Source of the DNA: Hyalangium minutum
GTDB lineage: Bacteria > Myxococcota > Myxococcia > Myxococcales > Myxococcaceae
DNA: 64,000 nucleotides
Reading direction: 5' to 3'
Assembly (NCBI RefSeq): GCF_000737315.1
Contig: NZ_JMCB01000006.1
Coordinates: 930,001 to 994,000, forward strand
The stretch's first letter is position 1. Every line of letters begins with the position of its first letter. The translations under genes and the position numbers were made by a program. A model generated the notes under the pieces. It did no database searches. It had not been told where the DNA came from and worked only from the letters and a program-made list of their open reading frames with translations. Positions 56,201 to 64,000 of the stretch are shown here, piece after piece.

Positions 56201-58259
56201 CGTGGCAGTGGTTGTGGTTGGCCACCACCTCCGTCTGCACGGAGAACGTCTCGCCCTGGCGTGCGCTGGTGACCACCGTGGAGCGCTGGCTGCGCACCGA
56301 GGAGGTGGCCTGCATCGTCGAGTCCCTCAGGCGGTTGTGCAGGCTGGACGTCATGTCGCGCGTGTTGTCCTGCCACGCCGACGAGGTGCCCGAGCCCCCC
56401 GAGAGGTTGAAGCCCGTGGCGATGCCCAGGGACATGTTGTCCTTGCTGCCGCTGCCCGCCAGCCCCAGGCCCGCGGACCAGCCCTTCGTCTTGGCCTTGC
56501 TGCCGCCCTTCATGGACTCGCTCAGGGTGCCGGTGAGGATCTCGTCGATGTCCCGGTCCCGCGAGAGGCTGTGGCTCAGCTGCTCGGAGACATCGGTGCT
56601 CTCGGCGCGCGAGGCCTCGTCCACGCGGTTCCAGTCGTAGATGACGAGCTGCTTCTTCTGCCCGGGCGCCAGCGGCAGCGAGTAGAGCAAGTCCCCCATG
56701 GAGTAGCCGTCCGCCTTGAACGTCTGCTTGAAGTGGAGGACGTGGCCGTGGGCGAGCGTGACGGCCTGGTAGAGCTCGAACTCGGTGGCCTCGTCGTCCC
56801 AGCGGATGGGGTTCTTGGGCCCGAGCGTCTGCCGCAGCGTGCGGTGCAGGTGCTTGGCGTAGCCGGCGGTGTCCGCCGTGTTGCCATTCCACTCCCAGCG
56901 AGGATTCTCGTTGATGGGCACCAGCTGGCCGCGCGGATCCGTGGTCCGCACGATGGCGTGGTGGCTGAACTCCTCCAGCGTGCGGTTGGGCACGGTGAAG
57001 TTGACGCACGAGCCGCCGATGTCCTGCGAGTAGCTGGACTCGCCGGCGACGAGCTCCTCGGTGCCCGGCAGCCGGGGGGTGGGCTCATGGCAGGCGCAGT
57101 CCTCGTCCGCGCCACCTGGAGTGGGAGACTCCTCGGCCTCGATCACCAGCTGGGTGAAGGCAGGGAAGCGGCCATCGGCGTCGAGCAGCACGGGGCAGGG
57201 CGTGTCCGGGCGGGCGGAGACCACGGCATAGGCGCCGGTGAACGGCTCGTTGGGGAGCACCGCCGAGAAGCTCCCGGTGCTGTGCGTGCTCACCGTGGCC
57301 AGCGGTACCTCCACGGGCTTGCCATCCGCGCCGAGGCGCTGGCCGTAGAGGATGATCTGCTGGCTCTTCATGGCCTTGCCGGTGCGCTCGACGAGCCGGC
57401 CCTTGAGGACGCGGGTGCTCGTGGGAGCGCTGGAGCCGGGGGTGAGGACGGGAGGGGTGAATGGCTCCACCTTCACCTCGAGCGAGGCGAGCTTGAGCGC
57501 CTGGGTCAGGGTGAGCTGGGGCGGCGAGACGATGCGCGCGGGCAGCCCGTTGGGGGTGCGCACCACGAGGGTGAGGGGGCTGTCCGCAAAGCGGCCCGAG
57601 GCGGTGAAGTCCACCTGGAAGGCGCCGTTGTAGCCGAGCGTGATTTCCCGGTGGATGGGCGTGGCCTTGTCATCCAGGGCGATGGTGTCGGGGCAGGAGA
57701 TCTCCAGCACATAGCCTGCGATGGACTCGCTGGTGCGGGTGCTGGTGACGAAGCCTCGGAGGGGGAACAGCCGCAGCTCCTCCGCGGGCACGGGCGCGCC
57801 CGCCGCAGAGGGAGCCTTGGGCGTGTTGCTCACGGTCTGCACGGTCCCGGACGAGGTGTTCGCCTTGGAGGTCTCCGTCTGCGCCTCCTCCACGAGCACC
57901 GGGGCGCGGGTCGCGGTGGAGGCCTCGAGCTTCACCACCTTCTCGACGGCCTCGGGTGAGGGCAGCTCGAGGATGACGAGGCGCGCGGTCTCGGCGGCCT
58001 TGGTCTCCGCGAGCAGCACCGCGTCCAATGAGGCCTTGTCCGGGAAGCTCCGCTCGGCGAGAGCGGCTCCGTCCTGGAGCACGAACAAGGTGAGGGGATA
58101 GGAGAGCTTCGAGGAGGTGATGCCCTTGAGGAGGAAGTCGCCTTCGGGGCTCGTGAGCTCCCCGGTGAAGAGCGGCGCTTCGGGCTTGGCACCGAGGACG
58201 AGCTTGAGGGACGGGAGGACACTGCTGTCGGAGAAGTTCAACTGCCCATAGAGTTTCAT
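53274..58259 (-). CDS. 1661-aa protein of unknown function: Ig-like N-terminus, conserved-looking core with a possible beta-pore-forming hairpin, C-terminal HExxxH domain
   Basis: Long ORF with strong GC3 bias. Core motifs GDLLYSLPLAPGQKK, VANHNHCHALTIQYFE, PTPGVFAEAV.G.CNACE..D.TRFW.W. No signal peptide. Confidence 0.8.
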   Translation of the reverse strand: MKLYGQLNFSDSSVLPSLKLVLGAKPEAPLFTGELTSPEGDFLLKGITSSKLSYPLTLFVLQDGAALAERSFPDKASLDAVLLAETKAAETARLVILELPSPEAVEKVVKLEASTATRAPVLVEEAQTETSKANTSSGTVQTVSNTPKAPSAAGAPVPAEELRLFPLRGFVTSTRTSESIAGYVLEISCPDTIALDDKATPIHREITLGYNGAFQVDFTASGRFADSPLTLVVRTPNGLPARIVSPPQLTLTQALKLASLEVKVEPFTPPVLTPGSSAPTSTRVLKGRLVERTGKAMKSQQIILYGQRLGADGKPVEVPLATVSTHSTGSFSAVLPNEPFTGAYAVVSARPDTPCPVLLDADGRFPAFTQLVIEAEESPTPGGADEDCACHEPTPRLPGTEELVAGESSYSQDIGGSCVNFTVPNRTLEEFSHHAIVRTTDPRGQLVPINENPRWEWNGNTADTAGYAKHLHRTLRQTLGPKNPIRWDDEATEFELYQAVTLAHGHVLHFKQTFKADGYSMGDLLYSLPLAPGQKKQLVIYDWNRVDEASRAESTDVSEQLSHSLSRDRDIDEILTGTLSESMKGGSKAKTKGWSAGLGLAGSGSKDNMSLGIATGFNLSGGSGTSSAWQDNTRDMTSSLHNRLRDSTMQATSSVRSQRSTVVTSARQGETFSVQTEVVANHNHCHALTIQYFEILRHFVVQQELVDVQECLFVPLTMSRFTDGKVLRWRECLSEHLLYGPDTAKGQELRKGFDAVERISRNYQGVDFPQRREANGTVTFLPFCEESIDEVFGEFQLRLTLSRPADAQDGTLDINTWATLSHLFRGLELNGVRNLFVKMTAAERDRAFQEQHAPALARNFVEQLRFEAILADGTTVRDMRLDCTLLTDYAPGKPLTVSVRSTRVQDPKALQAGVNRQGFSGTPTDLKRSQVVGLRLLSPSVSVSGSFAILDRGTLRYRTRHHTGVLLNDRAIRNDIGFADQIFLPTPLTPEEQRNPWQEDQRMAQQLRDHLNRENLEYYHHVIWCHGITPHRRYMMLDRIHLAQDEFNTVYAQRGVLGRSLASLVENRLLGVAGNCLIFPVARGFNLDPTYELGRPEVSGSAATAFASLLEHYQTEAEREGGQKIAFRLSVPTPGVFAEAVRGACNACERIDDTRFWRWEQSPIDEPTAINPVSTDSRYQAPQDTKPSPLAQPVVNIQNAPAAPDPTGVGALLTALGQASPFANLTGLDQNQKNALAAMTSNQEAAKSYAQMATQLAMAAQSSRNAANLNDQIDRAFPPSKYPEKNQEWKERVLQAQLGGGSQPGKQESPLQQMDLMETIGAVRQSPGMEVSVGESQVEVRNGAEGRQPTGGTEGSSGDAVGTPQPEPTPEPSTWPPIEGYAAAKAMIPQLFEIIETSDAFQERAIEPFCDPDAPDYVPLVMTVRRQPADIDGWCGIQVRDPSDTTTPGGHWVPLYSLSRELPGFDPNQHLRIFLYMALGGMVTWHPGGMALVMSHELALHGLSARQIILRARSEGWTLRALRDFYVTHVDTEVDHRQIMPGTNADYEAVNNDLERVLQQPRWRRMMVKLRSSFVTPAGERVNPNQALLALPTRAVAPHSSSLYNLNLNHRLYSAFQLFVFDRQMEKDVFYNPNHFFTFLGKGSRVDTRAWDYLDPQQGGQ

Positions 58260-58364
58260 AGCTCGGGCAGTATGTTCAGCAGGTCACAGATTCACAGAAC
58301 CCACGGGATTCATGGCCGAAAGGCCAGGGGAAAACCTGAGAGAGAGGGTACGGCCCGTGAGGGA

Positions 58365-59357
58365 TCAGCCCAGCCGCTCCAGCTCCCGGGTGAGCAGCGT
58401 CTCGAGGTCGCGGATGCTGCGGTAGACGATGCAGCGGTACGAGGCCACGTCGAAGCGCAGCTCCTTCACGTCGCGCACCAGCAGCACGGTGGGGCGGCCC
58501 CGGCCCCACGCATAGCCGACCTCCAGATACACGTTCGGGTTGGCCATGGAGAGGTCGGCGATGACGACCTTGGCCGTGTCAATCCGCTCGCGGATGCGCT
58601 GGATGATGGGGCCGTCGAAGGCGGCTTGGTCCACGCGCTCGCAGAGCATGCCGGTGGACTTCACGGGGCCGAGGATGCCGTAGTGGTAGGTGTCCTCCAG
58701 CTCGGGCTCGAAGGGCATGGCCACGAAGGCGTGCGGCTTCTGCATGGAGGTGGTGCCCGCGGTGGCCATGGGCGGGGCCTGGACGAAGGCGCTCATGCGC
58801 TGCACGCGGAAGCCACCGCCTGGCAGGGGCTGGACGCCGGGGGTTCCTCCGAGCCCGCGCTCCAGTGCCTTGCGCAGCCGCAGGGCGCGCCGCGGGTCGA
58901 GCTCCACGAGCGTGACGCGCTCCAGGGTCTCGGGGCCGGTGCCGCGCTGGAAGGCCTCTACCAGTCCGCCGGCGAGCGCGAGCACGGCCTCGTCCTCATC
59001 CAACCCATAGTTGGGGCCGTGCACGGTGCTGGCCAGGCGGCGCAGGCCGGGGCGGGACTCCAGGGCCTTGAGCGCGCGGACGGCGAGCTGGCGAATCTCG
59101 TGGTACCCGAGCTGGTTGAGGCGCACGGTGCCGAGGAACAGGGCCAGCGGGGCCGTCAGTGCGCCGCGTGTCTCCACGAAGCGAGCATCTCCGACAGGGG
59201 CTTCGAGGTCTGACTTGGGGACGCCCACGGCATCGAGCCGCTGCGAGACGACGCCCGACACTCCATAGAAGCTCTGCGCGTACTTGAAGAGCGCCACGTC
59301 CGCGCGCGCCTCGGTGATGTCTCCTGCCTCCAGCACCAATTCGAGGGCCGTGCTCAT
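58365..59357 (-). CDS. Macro-like domain fused to a nucleoside 2-deoxyribosyltransferase-like (TIR-like) domain
   Basis: LEAGDITEARADV (macro GDI motif). AFVAMPF...RVD...IADLSMANPNVYLEVGYAWG (NDT-like, with the catalytic Glu). Start ATG 59357. Confidence 0.82.
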   Translation of the reverse strand: MSTALELVLEAGDITEARADVALFKYAQSFYGVSGVVSQRLDAVGVPKSDLEAPVGDARFVETRGALTAPLALFLGTVRLNQLGYHEIRQLAVRALKALESRPGLRRLASTVHGPNYGLDEDEAVLALAGGLVEAFQRGTGPETLERVTLVELDPRRALRLRKALERGLGGTPGVQPLPGGGFRVQRMSAFVQAPPMATAGTTSMQKPHAFVAMPFEPELEDTYHYGILGPVKSTGMLCERVDQAAFDGPIIQRIRERIDTAKVVIADLSMANPNVYLEVGYAWGRGRPTVLLVRDVKELRFDVASYRCIVYRSIRDLETLLTRELERLG

Positions 59358-59475
59358 GTCGAGCCACTGTAACCGGCGGAGAGGGCGCTCCGTACAGGTT
59401 GGTGAAACCACCTCACCAGACAGGAGCCTACTCATGTGCATTCACTCGGTGGGCAGCGCTTCGTTAGAGTAGCCC

Positions 59476-60031
59476 GTGACTTCTTTCGGGCGACAGGTCC
59501 GCTACGACCAGCCTCCGCGTGAAGGTCCTCGTTCCTTCGCTTTGCGGCCATTTCGAAAACACGGGTTCGTTTCTGCCCTGTGGATGTTGGCAGCCGTCGC
59601 AGGCTGTGAAACGCCGAGCGGGACAACAGTTCCAGGTGCGGGACCCGCATCCGCCAAGTGGGAAGGCCCCCTGATGCCGGGCCCAGGTGGCGGGCAGGTC
59701 CGAACGACCATTTACTACGGGCCGTGGCAGTGCAATCAGCGGTGGATGGATTCCTGCCAGACGCATTGCGCCTCTGAAGGCCGCAAGCTCATGGGGTGCA
59801 TGTGGCTGGCCGACATCAAAACGGAATGGCAGGGCAGGTACCCGGGACCGCCTGTCGCGGCGGGCGGACGCTACGCGGGATCTTCAGCGGGGAGGTTCTC
59901 CGACGAACGAGCGCAACGTGTTGCCCGTGCCGCCCGATGTTCATGGCGTTTTCACCGACGAGTACCCCATGTGCTACGCCGGAGGCAGCAGGTGGAGCAC
60001 TGTGGGTCCAGACCTGCCCTACACGGATTGA
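59476..60031 (+). pseudogene. Lipoprotein toxin gene (SitA-like, HNH-type tip) apparently disrupted by an internal deletion/frameshift near 59875
   Basis: Lipobox VAGC and a Cys-rich N-domain up to GGRYA. A toxin-like tail RDLQRGGSPTNERNVLPVPPDVH...GPDLPYTD* continues in another frame to TGA 60031. Confidence 0.6.
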
Positions 60032-60042
60032 GATCCAGTTCC

Positions 60043-60513
60043 ATGAACGCTCTGCTCGAGGAGGTCTCGCGCCACCACTTTCCGAATCCACCTGCCACGC
60101 CAGAGCAAATCGAGGCGTTTGAGCGACGGATGGGCTGGCGCCTGGATCCCGAACTCCGAGCTTTCTATCTCCACTGTGATGGAGCGGCCCTCTTCAGGCG
60201 GCGCCCGGACGCGGACTACCGCTTCCTGTCCTTGGCCGAGATCCAGCGAGCCAGAGTCGCCATCCGCGGCAAGGATGACGATTCGCGCGGCCCGGCCTCT
60301 ATGTACACGATCTGCGATCTCCAGGACGGTGACTACATCTTGGTGGACATCAGCCGTCAGCAGGGCGGCTGCTACCCCATCCTCGATGGGTGGCACGAGG
60401 CATGGCCTGATCCGGAATATTGCAAGCAAATCGCCCACTCCTTCTCCGGGTTCCTGGAGGGCGCTCTTCGGAGCGGGGGGAATTGGTTCTGGCTGCAACA
60501 GCGCGAATCATAA
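60043..60513 (+). CDS. SMI1/KNR4 family immunity protein
   Basis: PPATPEQIEAFERRMGWRLDPELRAFYLHCDG...AHSFSGFLE. Confidence 0.88.
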   Translation: MNALLEEVSRHHFPNPPATPEQIEAFERRMGWRLDPELRAFYLHCDGAALFRRRPDADYRFLSLAEIQRARVAIRGKDDDSRGPASMYTICDLQDGDYILVDISRQQGGCYPILDGWHEAWPDPEYCKQIAHSFSGFLEGALRSGGNWFWLQQRES

Positions 60514-60528
60514 CGTTGGAAGGAGCGC

Positions 60529-61308
60529 TCAGGAGGCTTCCGCCACGTCATCCAGGCACTCGTCGGTCAGGGCCTGGATCAGCGCGATGACGGACATGCA
60601 CAGCAGCGCTCCGAGCGTCAGCATCACCTGCGCCGTGAACCCCGCCAGCAGCGCGGACGTGAGCAGCAGCGGCTCGGAGTCCCGTGTCCACAGCAGGTAC
60701 TGCTCGACAATCCAAGCAATCCCGCCCAGCACCCATGCCGTCCACCACGCGGTCACCGCGGCCTTGGCGCTGCGGTGGCCTCCCAGGCTCCGGCACAGGC
60801 CGCGCACCACGAGGTACGGATCGAACAAGTGCGCCAGCGGAATGAACCACCACGCCACGGCCCACCCCGGCGTCGTCCCCGGATCCAGGCCGAGCACCCT
60901 CGCCGTCCGCACCGCCAGGTGCAGCCACCGCAGGAAGAACAGCGCTGACAGCCCCAGCACCGCGAGCAGCGGCACGCGCAGCAACTCCCAGAGCCGCTGG
61001 TAGGTGGCCGCCGCGTCTCGGGGCACCCACCCTCCTTGGAGCCGGTTGATCAACCAGCCGTCGAGCATTGCGCCGAGCAACAACCCGATCGCTGCCAGCC
61101 CCAGCGCGCCCATCGCCAGGCTCCCCCGGGTCCGCAGCGAGGGCAGCTCCCGGAGCTGCCGGTACTCGCAAGCAGCGCAGCGGTCGCCCCACGTCTCACA
61201 GCGGGCACAGATGAAGCGGCCACACCGCGAGCACGTCCCCACCGGCTTGAAGGTGGGGTGCTCGGGACAGACCACATCGCGCGCCAGGGCGGCAGAGGCA
61301 GAGGTCAT
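60529..61308 (-). CDS. DUF4328 membrane protein with N-terminal Cys/His (B-box-like) segment
   Basis: CPEHP...CSRCGRFICARC, FLRWLHLA, PGWAVAWWFIPLAHL..PY, WWTAW. Start ATG 61308. Confidence 0.82.
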   Translation of the reverse strand: MTSASAALARDVVCPEHPTFKPVGTCSRCGRFICARCETWGDRCAACEYRQLRELPSLRTRGSLAMGALGLAAIGLLLGAMLDGWLINRLQGGWVPRDAAATYQRLWELLRVPLLAVLGLSALFFLRWLHLAVRTARVLGLDPGTTPGWAVAWWFIPLAHLFDPYLVVRGLCRSLGGHRSAKAAVTAWWTAWVLGGIAWIVEQYLLWTRDSEPLLLTSALLAGFTAQVMLTLGALLCMSVIALIQALTDECLDDVAEAS

Positions 61309-61405
61309 CGGGAGCGATACACCCCTCAAGGCCCTCAGGTTCCAGGGCCCGCGAAGTATCTCCCAACCTCCTTGGAAGATACACGGTCCCGCTTCTGACG
61401 CTTCC

Positions 61406-62527
61406 TCAGGTCCGGGCCGCGGCGGAGACGGTGAAAGCGCCCACGGGGGTGGCAGCTCCGTTGATGAGCGCCTCGACGCGGTGCGAGCCCGGGTAGTGCT
61501 GGCGCGTGGTGAGAGTCTCGAGAGACACAGTCTTCTCCAGCGTGGTGGAGGCACCGGGCGCCAGTTCCACCTTGCGCACCTTGAAGACCTTGGGGCGGGA
61601 AGCCCCGTTGGCCTTGATGAAGTGCACGGCCAAGTCCACCACGGCCTTCTGGCGCTCCGAGGAGCGGTTCTCCACGTGGAGTTGCACCTGCACGGACTGG
61701 CCCAGGCGCACGCGGCGCGGGTGGAAGGTGGCGGTGACCTCGAGCGCGGCGGGGCCCTCGAAGCCCAGCACGGCCAGGGCTCCGCGGTCGCCGCGCTTCA
61801 CGGCCGAGCGCAGGGCATGACGGACGATCCACTGGCGCTCGGGAGAGGCGCCTCGGCTCCAGCGCTCGCAGGTGGCCACGAGCAGCTCCGGGTGGTCCTT
61901 GCCGATGTCGTTGAGGTTGTTGGCCACCGAGCGGCGCACGTAGAGCTCGGGGTCGTCCTTGAGCAGCTCGAGCAGCTCGAGCACCGGCCGAGGATCCTCC
62001 TGGAACGCGCGCAGCCGGGACGCCCAGGGCAGGCGCGGCCGGGTGCCCTCGGAGACGAGGCGCCGCACGTGCACGTTCGCATCCGCCGCCCACTGGCGCA
62101 GCCGCGCGAGCGTCTCCTTCGGGTAGCGCTCGAGGTAGGGGCGGATGCAGAACTCGGCGGTGAAGCGCTGGGTGAGCGCTCGCTGCAGGTGCATGGCGGG
62201 CTCGAAGTGCTCCAGCCCGTGCTCGGCCACATAGAGGGAGTGGGGCAGGTAGAGGAACACGGACATGCCATGGCTTTCGGTGCCCTCCAGCGGCGGCCCG
62301 AGCGAGCCCTGGAGGATGCGCGCCGTGTGCTCGAAGTCCTGGGGCAGCGCACGGTGCATGGCGCGCATGATGTGGCGCGCGCGGTCCATCAGCTCGAGGG
62401 CCTCCAGCCCTTCGGAGGCCTCGGCGACGAAGCGGCGCTCGGGGAAGGAGGGGTGGGCGGTGCGCAGCATGGCGGCAATGCGCCGCACCGCCTCCTCGTT
62501 GAAGAACGTCTTGAGGGATTCGGCCAT
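61406..62527 (-). CDS. DNA alkylation repair protein (AlkD-like HEAT repeats) with C-terminal Ig-like domain
   Basis: LELMDRARH, FTAEFCIRPYL, HVRRLVSEGTRPRLPW, LKDDPELYVRRSVANNLNDI. Confidence 0.88.
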   Translation of the reverse strand: MAESLKTFFNEEAVRRIAAMLRTAHPSFPERRFVAEASEGLEALELMDRARHIMRAMHRALPQDFEHTARILQGSLGPPLEGTESHGMSVFLYLPHSLYVAEHGLEHFEPAMHLQRALTQRFTAEFCIRPYLERYPKETLARLRQWAADANVHVRRLVSEGTRPRLPWASRLRAFQEDPRPVLELLELLKDDPELYVRRSVANNLNDIGKDHPELLVATCERWSRGASPERQWIVRHALRSAVKRGDRGALAVLGFEGPAALEVTATFHPRRVRLGQSVQVQLHVENRSSERQKAVVDLAVHFIKANGASRPKVFKVRKVELAPGASTTLEKTVSLETLTTRQHYPGSHRVEALINGAATPVGAFTVSAAART

Positions 62528-62572
62528 GGCCGGGAGCGGTCTACCGCGTTCCAGCGGGCTCCACCACCCGCG

Positions 62573-63973
<1,401 letters not shown>

Positions 63974-64000
63974 GAAGTACCTCGAAGGGGCATCTGGGTA

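Noticed and set aside
59432-59766. Short minus-strand ORFs in the divergent region
   Set aside because: No RBS, codon bias or motifs, and they overlap the lipoprotein gene.

Overview
High-GC myxobacterial (Myxococcales-like) chromosomal window with about 36 real genes. I saw no rRNA, tRNA, CRISPR array or intact IS element. It mixes signalling genes (a PilZ-like sigma54 activator, a response regulator plus hybrid kinase, an orphan kinase, a kinase/NtrC pair and a Ser/Thr kinase), several large secreted lipoproteins, and many putative conflict or repair genes. Highlights: (i) a giant 18-repeat adhesin that appears to be a polyprotein, with an internal MYXO-CTERM tag and a second signal peptide ahead of a TraB-like beta-barrel/OmpA; (ii) a four-domain RNA end-processing protein ending in a eukaryote-type poly(A) polymerase; (iii) an Rpn nuclease with an intragenic antitoxin-like start; (iv) a 1601-aa pseudo-phosphoesterase/WD40/Roc-COR/Zn-ribbon/phosphoesterase protein with a compositionally mosaic N-terminal half; (v) a macro-NDT gene directly upstream of a 1661-aa protein with possible beta-pore-forming features and a HExxxH-bearing tip; (vi) two lipoprotein toxin/immunity loci, one apparently broken by a deletion that fuses it in frame to its immunity gene; (vii) an orphan T3SS rod-like gene. 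Family assignments come from motif recognition only; no database searches were run.
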